Of a stretch of 64,000 nt of DNA, positions 49,341-60,261 are shown piece by piece. Position 1 is the stretch's first letter; each line of letters opens with the position of its first letter. The stretch covers positions 3,412,607 to 3,476,606 of the forward strand of contig MU053559.1 in the NCBI GenBank assembly GCA_013239625.1. The letters are read 5' to 3'. Position numbers and translations under genes: made by a program. The DNA comes from Lama guanicoe (Eukaryota). The notes beneath the pieces are model-generated. The model saw nothing but the letters and a program-made list of their open reading frames with translations, ran no database searches and was not told the DNA's origin.

Positions 49341-50761
49341 TAAAATAGATAAAACAACAAGGTCCTACCATACAGCACAGGGAACTATATTCAGTACCCT
49401 GTAATAGCCTGTAATGAAAAATAATATATATGTGTGTATAACTGAATCACCATGCTGTACACCAGAAACTAACACAACACTGTAAACCAACTATACTTCA
49501 ATTTTAAAAATAGTTAAGTAAATTTATGTTATGTGTGTTTCACTACACTTTTAAAAAATGTTTTAATTTTAAAATTAAAAAAAGAAGAAGAAAAAGCTAA
49601 CTGGAGAGTGGTTGTACCAGTGAGCTTTCAGATTACCCCCAGGCCATGCTGCACATCAAGTATGTGTCCAGTGCAGTTCAATTGTTCTTTCTCTGACCTT
49701 AGAGCAACATAATGAGAGTTAAAGGCAATTCTTACTGAGTCCACGGAATTTGTACAGGGACCACAGGAGGTGTTTTTGAAGTGACAGGCAATCCCAGCTT
49801 CATCTCTAAAATTCCTGAATATTCTTATGTGCCATTCTAAGATAATCCAGAGCTATCCTGTCCTAATGGGAATTAAAAAAAGGCAAGTCCTCACTCTAAG
49901 GCCCAAAGGAATCAACAGTTGACTCTGTTCAGTTGCTTGCCAACTGTGGAGATTTCAGGACCTGTGGGAAGCCTCAACAGTGTTAGAAAGGGCAAAAAAA
50001 TTTTCACAACTTTAGGAGGAGAAGGCACCCAAACAGATGGCTTCCTACTCAGATGGTTGCTAGAGTGAGTCACTGAGTCTCCTTTTGAGAGGCTGAGCTG
50101 AAAGTTACAGTATTATGGAATTCCTTGAAAAGTCTCATAAAAAGCGGAAGTAGTGTTTCATCACTCTCTTTCTGGACAATTTCCTTTGTTCCCCACAAAG
50201 AGAATCGACTATGGGAATGACTGGAGAGCCCTCGGCACTAACTCCCTCCCCCATAAAAGACATAAAGAGATTCTACTAACTTCTGTTAACTAAAAAGAAA
50301 ATCAAACCAAAGGGTTCCCGAATAGGCTGAACTCTATAAGGCCCCCTGAGAGGGGGTCAGGGTGAAGGTGGGCAGTTCTCATTTCTTCCATTACCACATG
50401 TCTGGGCCCTGGGGGCAGATGACTCTCTAACAGTGTGACCCAAATGTCAAACAAAACCTTTCCCATGGTTCCTCTAAACATAGTCAAGACAGACTGGAAC
50501 TTTCATAAAAGTTTTATACAGTTCTAAGGAAAAACAAAAGGAAATAAACACAGATAGTGGTACAAGGTTCACAAAATAGGGTTTTTTTTTTTTTTGACCC
50601 TGGTTTGGTCAGTGTGTTTCCAGGGCTTTTAGCCCATATGCCCTTTCATGCACTGCATTGGGATTTGTGTACTGAAGCCCAAATTGTCAAGCTGTTGCCT
50701 GACCCTTTGATGTCTTTGCTACTGTTGCCGTCTGATTGGGGCCATCATGAAGCCTGTCACC

Positions 50762-50950
50762 CAGGGCTTTGGTTAGCTTGTAAGGCATCTTTGGGTGAAT
50801 TTGACAAAGGTGCCCACCCTGGGCAGATGCAGCTCTGTAGGATCTTCTCTTGGGGAACAGTGGGTGGCCTGAACTTCAGCCTCTACTTACTCCCCCAACC
50901 AGGTCCTTTTGTGCAGTGAACAACCTGCCCAACTGTATTTAGTGGCCCTG
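50762..50950. mobile_element. MER91-like hAT-Tip100 MITE
   Basis: Termini CAGGGC...GCCCTG; 'ttgtgcagtgaacaacctgcccaactgtatttagtggccctg'; TSD-like flanks CCTGTCAC / CCCATCAC. Confidence 0.75.
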
Positions 50951-51977
50951 CCCATCACCCAGACTTTTTAAGATAACTTGATTTCACATACCAAGTTTCC
51001 TCTACCTACCTAGAACCCAATTTTCAGGTTTACCTTCTGGTTTAAAGAAATACTTCTTCTCCAGGCAACTGCTATTAGGAATGGTACCCCAATATTTTCC
51101 TCCTTATAAAGACTTTATTGCTAGCCGACCAATATATCTTAACTTAATATCACGACTGTATCATTTATATAGTAACTATATATTTGGAGTCAGAAAGGGG
51201 TTATTCCTGCAATAATACGAGTTTTTAAAAACAAGGTTAAAGGTCACTGGATAAGAAATAGTTGAACTCACTTTGGACTTCTAAAGGGCGGTGCCCCCTA
51301 ACAGCTTAGCTTTCCAGTTAAACAGCGTTCACGGTGAGCCGGTGTGGAGTCCCCGTGCTGATTGCTCTATTCTCCAACAGCACAGAAATATGCTTTTTTG
51401 AGCAAAGCAGATAAGCTTTGTGTCTAGGATCAACATGCTGATATTCAGCAAAACACACGTCCTGCTGGGTCCTGCTGTACTCACTCTGCACATTTTGAAC
51501 AGACTATCTTACAAAAGCAAAGGATTGGTTCCTCGTAGAAAAGCACACATCCCTTGGAAAGATCGCACCCGGAGTGTGTATTTGTTGATGTGTGTTTGGT
51601 GGTTAGGGTAATCTCTCCTTGCCTGGGCTTCCCTGGTGCTAAAAAGACACCGAATGACAAAAGAAGCCCATAATTTAAACTATTTCTAATCAATAGCATA
51701 GACAAGGAGTTCTACATTTATGGCTTGCGCTCTATAATATTTTCCTGTAGAAGCAATACTATTGGAGCTCTCAGGTTTCCAAGGTTAGTCTGCATCTCCC
51801 CCCAAGAAAAACAATACTACTAATAATGTACATTTTAGTTGGAATAATTTTAGAATATTTTTAGCAGAAAAATTTTAGTTGGAATATTATTAGCACAGAT
51901 AATGTACATTTAGTTGGAAGCAAAGGTTTTGCAAAATGAGTTATTAAGGAAAATAATTTTAAACACAGGTTTTGTTT

Positions 51978-52336
51978 CTGGATGAAGACAGTCAAAAGCG
52001 CCAATCATAAGATTAATAAGTACCAAAAAAAGATTAATAAGCACCAAAAAAAGATTAATAAGCACTAGGAATGTAATGTACAACATGATAAATATAATTA
52101 GCACTGCTGAATGCTAAATAAGAAAGTTGTTAAGATAACAAATCTTAAGAGTTTTCATTACAAGGAAAAAAAGTTTGTTTCTACGTCTTTAATTTTGTAT
52201 CTGTATGAGATGATGGATGTTCATTAAGCTTATTTTAGTAATCATTTCATGATGTGAGTGAAATCATTATGCTGGACACTTTAAACTTATACAGTGCTGT
52301 ATGTCAATTACATCTCAATAAAACTGGAAGTGGAAA
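51978..52336 (+). mobile_element. L1 3' UTR fragment with an internal 21-bp triplication
   Basis: 'gatgttcattaagcttatttt...cagtgctgtatgtcaattacatctcaataaaactggaa'; 17-bp TSD with 2 mismatches (51961-51977 / 52337-52353). Confidence 0.9.
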
Positions 52337-52884
52337 AAATACATGTTTTGTTTTTAATGTTTTAGAATGCTCGGGTTAGGGATAAAAGCATGCTTGGAAG
52401 CATTTGAAAAAGATAAATTGTGATTGGGGGAGTCTTCCAGGTTTATTTAAAGGTCTCTAGAGGTTAATTAAGATGATTTTCTATTTTGCTTGCTTTCGCT
52501 TTCTGTCACCCTCACGTTCGCTCACAAAGATGGGGGAGGAAGGAAAAAAGGAACAAAGAGGAGGAATGGGATCGTCCAAGGTGGAGTGAACCAAGATATA
52601 CATAATCTAAAAGACAAGAAAAAAAAAAAAAGACAAGAAAGGAGGTGGCGGCCAAGCACCATTGATCCTATTGTCTGTCACTGCAGCTACTAATCGGAAC
52701 AGTCACAAGGGTGGGCAGACAAAGGGCAAGGTCAGGAACAAACCACTGGCTGTTCACATGTACATGGCATTCTTGAGCTAGGTGTTTATGGTTTGGAGAA
52801 GACTTGTTTTCTGGTTAAGCAAATCAATTGATGGAAAATGTGGAGAAAAATTTAGCAGTACTATTACAAGTCAAAGGAGCCAAA

Positions 52885-53095
52885 TCATTAGCTAAGTGCT
52901 GAACACATAACTTCCTCCTTTCTTGCAACCACTTTGTGAGCTACACACTATGAAAGATTCTCCCCATTTTGCAGAAGAGGAAATTAAGGCACAGAAAAAA
53001 AAACCCTACAGAACTGGTCCCAAAGTTAAAGAGCTTGTAAGTGATGGAATTGAGTTCAAACTAGGGAGTCTCAGTCCAAAGCCACATTATGTAGC
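52885..53095 (-). mobile_element. MIR SINE
   Basis: 'ccccattttgcagaagaggaaattaaggcacaga...gtaagtgatggaattgagttcaaactagg'. Confidence 0.8.
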
Positions 53096-53279
53096 CTGCA
53101 TGGAGATGCTAGATAGCTAAATAAATGACTTGTAATCAAAGTGATAAAACAAATTAACACATTTCAAATTGCAGATTGTTTTGTGATTCTATCAATTGCT
53201 GAGCTAAATTTCTTGGAGGGAGCAGCTAGAGGATGGTAATTCAAGGTCCACACCTCACTCTTTCCCTTCCTTCCTGCTT

Positions 53280-53580
53280 CAGTCAATAAATAAGCATTTG
53301 TTAAGCCCCCTGTTCTGTGTGAGGTACGGTTCTAAACTCCAGGGGGCATAAAGGTGAAGGGAATCCAGTCCTGCTCTCAAGTAGCACCCAGAGCAGTAAA
53401 CAGACTCTTAAAATAGAACGTTATCTGCGTAGGACCCCCAGAGTTGTACGAAGGGAACCACTCCTGGTTTGGGAGCCAAGGAAGAGTTCTTCACTAACCT
53501 GAAGGATGAATAGTAGTAGGGCTGAAGCTGGGTAAAGAAAAGTGATATAGAGAAGCCAGCATGAGCAAAAGCCCAGAGGA
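53280..53580 (-). mobile_element. L2 3' end
   Basis: 'cagtcaataaataagcatttgttaagccccctgttctgtgtgaggtacggttcta...cagtcctgctctcaag'. Confidence 0.75.
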
Positions 53581-53693
53581 TTGTTCTGTCATTTTTCTTC
53601 TGAAACAGAAACAGAAACGATCAAGTTCACATCCCTTAGTGGAGTGCCCCATTCAAGTGGAACACTTCGGATGAGAGAAGGGAAGGTCATACT

Positions 53694-53873
53694 CCAGTGT
53701 CTTCGAGCCAGTTCCATGTTTCTTCCCAGCTCTGCATTCAGTGGGGTCACATTGATAGCTTGAAATTAACTATGGTGGAAGTATTTACGTGATGGAAATT
53801 GGCAGCCACTACAGATCAGGGGTTTTTGTTTCCTGGAGATCTGGTTGTTAAACATTTACCAGCACACCCCTGG
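53694..53873. mobile_element. MER63A-like hAT-Blackjack MITE
   Basis: 'atagcttgaaattaactatggtggaagtatttac...ggaaattggca...ctggttgttaaacatttaccagcacacccctgg'. Confidence 0.8.
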
Positions 53874-55284
53874 TCACTGGTTCCAGAGACCAGCCTACTG
53901 CAGATATGTCAAGTGATACAGCTTGAATTCTGCTTTTCACCTAGAAACAAACATATTTCTTGATCTTCTGCATCGCCCACAAGCAGCCACTCTTGAGCTG
54001 AGAATGGAATGGAGATGAGAAAGAGGATGTCGCGGCTGCAATGGTTTCATCACCCTGGTCTTTTCTGACTGTGAATCTTGCCACATTCACACATGCTCAC
54101 ATCCTGTGAGTTTTCCCACATTCGCAGCTTTTAAAGTCAAACATATGTTAAAAAATAAACTGACACTGTTTTCCTCAGACATTAATGCTCATTAACACAC
54201 ACCTAGACTCCCACAGCTTCATTTTCACACCTGTAATTTGATTTTACATGAATAACTAAGTCATTGCTTCCATCTGCTTGGAGTGATCCAGAAGAAAGTA
54301 ACATTCCACTTTCAGAAGCAGATACCTGCTGTACAGACACCAACAACCTGCTCAGAATATGATCAGAGATGAATAATATGTTCCAAATACACCTGACCGT
54401 GACACTGACTCAGTTTCCATGGCAAAGGTCACATGAGCTATGATCTTCTAGGAAATAAGCACTAGACCAGAGGTCAAATAGGTCTAGCATATGACACTTT
54501 GTCATTTTCAGTCAATTGACCTCCCCCCCCCTTTTTTTTTCCCTTTCTCTTTATTGATCTGGCACAGATTTATATACCCAGAGCAGACGGGGCAAATTCC
54601 CTTGTGTCCTGTGGATGGTGTGTCTCTCTGTCCCTGGAAAGAAAGGCAGCAGAGACAGATCAACTCATATTGACGTGGTGAGCTGGAGCAGGTTAGAATG
54701 GGACTGGCTCCATCTGAGAGGCAGAGGAGAAAATTCGATCCAGCTCACTGCATGCTGGGAGTTTATGTTTCGTATTCAATGCAAATTAGCATCTTCAAAT
54801 TTATCCATATGCTTTTCCAGCAGGAAGAGGAGCTTTTGGTCCTGGAATACCAAATGTTCTGGAGAATTGCGCGAATAGCCTAATCATTTCATTTCTGCAG
54901 GTTTAGTTGTTAGTGCCTTGAAAAACAGGCACTAAAAACACATCTCAAAACGAATTGAAAGGGAGCAAGGCTGTCCCATTTTAAGAACTCATCCAGGAAC
55001 AAGAAGAAACAGAAATGTTTGGATTACCCAACTCACTCAGTGGGGCAAGACTTCCTCCCCCAAATCTACTGTTTTTTTGCTCCTAGTTAAATTTTTTGCC
55101 TGCAGTCAAAAGCCACTGTTTAAACCAACACAGAGTTGGCATTAATAATAATTAACAAATAGTAGGATTTTTTTCAAAAAAGAAATACTGAAAAGTTTAC
55201 ATAAATCAGCTTTCCAAAAATGTCAATTAATTGATTCCACTCCACCCTGCCACCAACTTTTTTCTCCCTTTTCCAATTTAGAAG

Positions 55285-55490
55285 AAAGTGTAGAGTAGTT
55301 GAAAAAGCCACAGACTTAGGCTCAAACCCCAGCCCCACTGCTTTCCAGTCATGAGGCATCGAGCATTTCATTGATGCTCTTTATGCTTCAGTTTCCTCAT
55401 TTGTAAGATTGAAGCAATGATATCTATTGCCTGAAATTGCTGTGTGGATTCAGGGAGATGATGTTTATATAGGACCTGTTCTGTAGCAAT
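55285..55490 (+). mobile_element. MIR SINE
   Basis: 'ggctcaaaccccagccccactgc...tgcttcagtttcctcatttgtaagattg'. Confidence 0.8.
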
Positions 55491-56683
55491 ATATCTATAC
55501 ATTTTAAGTTTCATTCCCTGTGTCCAGTTCGGGAGTTCTAATTTGTAATATAGAAGTAAAGAAAAAATGCATAATTTGAGACTTTGTAGACGTGACTGCG
55601 GGATGAGAGGGATAGTGGAGGAACGTCATCATTCCAGACACGCAAGCCCATATTTTTTTGCTATGATGATGTGAGGAAGATGTGGCCGTGTTTCTAGAGA
55701 GATTTTTTTTGTTGGTAACCTCTCTACACAAAATATTTTGTATTCTTTCAACAGCTTCTTTCTTCCTGCTTCCTTTCTTCCTTCCTTGCTGCTCCAACAT
55801 GTAACTATATCCCTTCAAAGGGTCTGTCCTGCCAGTCCGTGCATCACACATGAAAGTCAGAGCAAAAACCAACCTCCAGGAATTGAACTTGTCTTTTTCC
55901 CATGAGCCACCCCTGCTGGAACTGATTAGATCATTGATCTCACGTGAGATTTCCAGCACAGCCCCTCCTCTGCTAGATTGGCTTGTGATTTGAAGAAGAG
56001 ATTGTGGGTGCTTCTCTGTGTATCTATAGAGTCTTATTTCACATGAAAGAGATTTTTTAATAAAATCATACACATCTTCATTATTGAAAAAAAAAGTACA
56101 AAGCAGTTCTCCAAAATCCATTCCATCACCCTAAGGGATCCAGTCCCATCACATCAACTTTCTGCTAGTTAAATTTAAAATGACTTAAGAGGCTGATTGG
56201 CAAGGGGTCCAACTTCTTGCATTTGTATCAACCATCTCCTGTACCCCACCAGTTGCTTAGAGTCTGTCCACTCGGACACCTGGAAGCCCCTCCTGGTGTT
56301 GGTCAGCCTGCTGCTTGCATGGCTGCCAACGCTCCTCAAAGCCCCCAGAGGGCCCCGCTCCCCTCCATCTGCCTGCTGTTGCCAGCTTCCTTACAGTGAA
56401 GTCTTACTGGCCTCCGGCCACTGCGGCCCCTTAGGAGAGCCGGATCTCCTAGCCAGATGGAGTCTAGGCATCCACTCCCAACAGAATTACAAACACCACT
56501 CCTCTCCCCAGTCCTGGGGACTCCATCTCAGGGATGGAAGCGTGTCCTCTTTTTACCCCTTGAAGCACAACATGATCATTTGGCTTCTTCGACTTCACTA
56601 TACAATGTTGCTTCTGGCTGGAAACCATACCAACTCAGCACAGGAACTCTTGGTTTTATGTAGGTGAGACAATATGAGCAGTT

Positions 56684-56831
56684 TTGTAAATTAATTCATT
56701 CATTGATTGATTGGAGGGGGAAGTGATTAGGTTTACTTATTTATTTTTAGAGGAAGTACTGGGGATCGAACCCATGTCCTTGCGTATGCTGAGCATGCGC
56801 TCTACCACTTGAGCGATCCCTTGCCCCCTCG
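56684..56831 (-). mobile_element. Vic-1-like SINE, long-tail form
   Basis: 'agtactggggatcgaacccatgtccttgcgtatgctgagcatgcgctctaccacttgagc'; TSD ATATGA[G/A]CAGTT (56672-56683 / 56832-56843). Confidence 0.9.
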
Positions 56832-56911
56832 ATATGAACAGTTATGCACATCTCTAATATTTTTTTCTAAAATTATTTTTAAATGAGTACTGTTTGTTTT
56901 GTAGTTAACAT

Positions 56912-57385
56912 CTTCATCAGTCAGGGCCCTGCAGAAAACAGATGACATACTCCAGGAGTGACTGAAAAGAAAGGGACTATTCATAAAAGTATGCACAGGG
57001 CTAAGGGAATCAATGAGATTGGCGATGCACCTCGGGGAGTAACAAAAGTAAGAATTAAAGGGACAAATGGAGGGCGCTGTTTCTGGAACCCGGAGAGAGC
57101 ATTGGGTCTGGGAGAGGGGCTACCTGACTAAGGCTGCCGTGTTGAGGAAGGAAACTGTGGCTTGGCAGGGAGGTAGGGCAGGGGTGGGATACATTTCCTA
57201 GACCTCTCTCCCCCAACCCTCTGACTTCCTGTCAGTGCCTCACATTGGCCCAACCCAATCAGAAGTCAGAGATCTGGTGAACCCAACTCATGCAGCACCG
57301 CAAAGGTCAGCCTCAGGACACATAGAGGGATACAGAGAAGAGGAACATGGATCCGGAAGAGCAGACTGAGAAAATTGCCAGAACA
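56912..57385 (-). mobile_element. Ancient Gypsy-type LTR (MamGypLTR/LTR85-like)
   Basis: 'atcagtcagggccctgcagaaaacagatgacatactc...aaagggactattcataaaag...cagtgcctcacattggcccaacccaatcagaagtcaga'. Confidence 0.65.
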
Positions 57386-57769
57386 TCTTTTAATGCAGTA
57401 GGAAACATGAAACAGATGAAATGATTGAGTATTAAGAAAAAGAAGAGTTGTGTGCTGGTCAGCAGAGAAGGTAAGGGAGGAAGGGATGAATTGAACCATG
57501 AGGGACAAGGGTTCCTCACTTCCTAGCTGCTCGCCAGAGTGGAATCCTAGAATTTGCAGTTAAATAAGTCCTCTTTTCAGTATACCCAGGTAGAGAAGAC
57601 CTCATTTTCTCTCCCAAATGACCTCGTTTTCCAATCCACCATTAGAATCGCAGGCTTCAATTACTGGCTGAGATACCTTCAGACCACCCTCAACTAGGTG
57701 ATTAATCCTCAGTGTAAAGACTAATGTCTCATACTTTCACTTTTTGAAGTTGGGGAAAAGAGGGAGGAG

Positions 57770-58230
57770 TGGTTCGGTTGTCTTCTACTGCGCCATGCAT
57801 CATTCCAAAATTGATGTGAACCAACAAATGATTTCTTATTTCTCCCAATTCTCCAGGTTGATGAGTGCTGAGCTGGGACCATGTTATGCTCACGTCATAG
57901 AGTTGAGATCACTCACATGAGTTCAGCCCAGGAGCTTGGTTGCGATGGGAACATCTAAGATGGCTTCTCATTCTCCAGGGTTTCTCTGCGTGTTGCTTCC
58001 TAACATCCTTTTGGGTCCTCTAACCTGGGCTTCTTTACAGCATGGCAACAATCTTCCAAGGGGTGCTCAAAGAGGATGAGTCCCAGTGCACAAACATTTA
58101 TCATGCTTGCATCATGCTTGCTAATGTCTCATTGGCCAAAGCGGGTCACATAGCACATGACCAAACTCAAAGGCATTGTGGGAGAGGTCTTCAGGAGGGC
58201 ATGAATACTGGGAGGTAGAGTCAGTCCATC
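57770..58230 (-). mobile_element. Old MaLR LTR (MLT1G/H-like)
   Basis: 'atctaagatggcttctca...gggcttctttacagcatggc...cttgcatcatgcttgctaatgtctcattggccaaagc'. Confidence 0.7.
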
Positions 58231-59665
58231 AGCAGACTCTAATGTAAATTCACCACAAAAAGTTAGAGACGAGCCGGAGGGGTCATCACCAAAGTGAAAT
58301 GATGCTCAAAGGAATCAAGAAATCAAAACTTGCTAGGACCATCCTGTTACCTTAGTTTTACGAAGGTATTAAATATACGACATGCTCAAACGTTTGTTGC
58401 TGTGAGCGTGGGCAGGGCTGCTTCCAGGTTTTATGAGCGTTTGTTTCACATGGAGTAATAATGTAGTTATTTATCTGGGAAAGTCATTATTGGTGCTCTC
58501 AAGGTAACAGCTTTGTCCTTTAGGTTTAGAGAAAGGTAAAGAATGTCTTGGGGAGAGATGAGGAGTGGCCAGAGGCAACAGGAGGATGCCGCTCAAGGCC
58601 ATTTGGCACAGACTAAGGAGTCCGTGGAGAACAAGAGCCCAGCTTCTCACTGCTAGCCCTGCACCTAGGAAAATGGAGCTTAATAGAAATCAGAGCTTGA
58701 CAAAATCTGAGATATTTATTGAATAAGCAAGATACATTCTGTTCATAAATAGTTCATACTCCTCAAGGTTTTGAGTTTGGAGGGGATCCCCAGAAAAGAA
58801 TTCCCCATCATTTGTGCTGTCATGTTACTTCACTCCTCCCTCCTCCCAGTCAGGTTAAGGGTGGTGGCTGTGGGTGTTCTCAGATTTCCCTCAGCCCTAA
58901 AGGGGCCCCAGGGTGGGGGTGGGGCATGTCAGTCTCGCATCGACTTACTAACTACAAACCCGAAGGTGGTCTTGATGCAAACATGGATAATCCCTGTGTG
59001 TACTGCTGTAAAAGCATCATCTATTTATGGGGTGGGAGGTGCACTCTGGAGCTCATGTGGGGCACTCTGGGTCTCTCCCTAGTGTCTCCTTCTGTTCCAA
59101 CATGTCCCAACATGGCCTTATGCTTTCTATTTTCCCTGGATGTGTAAACACATAAACCATAGCTATGAAGGATGCAGATTTTAAAAATCTTCAGATGAGT
59201 GCCAGATTTTAAACATTCAAATGAAGGTTAAATCAAAATAATCCTTTTCAGGCGCAGCCTTCTGGGCCAATTTATGAGCCACATGCAGAACTCGGTCTTT
59301 TTTATTTCATATTTACAAAAGTCAAGACTAAAAACAGCAATGCTGAGTTTGATCACTAAACTTCATTTATCTGACTAACTCTTAACTCTAGCATTCAAAT
59401 CTATTTGCAAAGAAAAAAAAAAAGATTAGCCATAATTTGGGGCTGAGGTGAAGTTGGGAGACTGCAAAGAATGAAATGTACCACAGGCACTAAAGGCAAC
59501 TCTGAAAAGGAATGTCAAAAATTGGTTAGAAAAATAGCTTGAGTAAGGGGATCATTGCTGAAATAGAGACAACATACATTTATGTTTCAAGTTCTAGAAC
59601 ACTTGTATACACATATTTTTTTCTTTACTTTAAACCATATTTTAATAAATGGCTAAAAAAATCAA

Positions 59666-60261
59666 TGTCAGGAAGCCTCTAAAAGCCTCACAGTGCTCTC
59701 TGCCTGCTTGTACTCACTTCCTTGAGTCAGGGCTGGACCTAGTGACTTACTGCTAATAAATAAAACAAAGCAAAGATGATGGGATGTCACTTTGAGATTG
59801 GGTTGCAAAAAGACTTCCTTCTCGCTTGTGATCTCTCAAACGCTCTTTCTCTTTCAGAGCCCTTGCTCTGGGGGAAGTAAGCTGTCATGTTGTAAGTTAC
59901 CCTTTGGAGAGGTCCATTCGGCAAGGGACTGAAGGAGGCCTCCAGCTAACAGCCAGTGAGACTCTCAGTCCAATAACCTGTGAGGACCTGAATTTAGCCA
60001 ACAACCATGTGAGTGAGCCTGGAAGCAGACCGTCCCCAGAGAGCCTTCGGATGAAAGCACAGCCCTGCCAAAACCTGGACTGTAGCCTTGTGAGAGACCT
60101 TGAGACAGAGGATCCAGGTAAACCACACCTAGATTCCTGACCCACAGAAACTGTCAGATAATAAATTTGTTTCTAATAAATAATTAATATAAATGATAAT
60201 AAATTTAAATTTGATTCTAAGATTGGTGATAACTTGTTATGCAGCAGTAAATAATTAATAC
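59666..60261 (+). mobile_element. MaLR LTR (MLT1E/F-like)
   Basis: 'gggctggacctagtgacttac...gatgggatgtcactttgagatt...agattcctgacccacagaaactgtcagataataaat...ttatgcagcagtaaataattaataca'. Confidence 0.85.

Larger units (their letters stand above)
48415..49590 (+). mobile_element. L1MB-like 3' end hosting a younger L1 3' UTR (about 48980-49507)
   Basis: Host 'aaaatagaattactatatgattcagcaatcccac...gaactgtacact' resumes at 'taaatttatgttatgtg'. Inner L1 flanked by AAATGGTCAAG (48969-48979) / AAATAGTTAAG (49508-49518). Confidence 0.9.

Noticed and set aside
51823..52065. CRISPR-like repeat-spacer array
   Set aside because: Mammalian DNA; only three short degenerate units, spacers related to each other or absent, and no cas genes.
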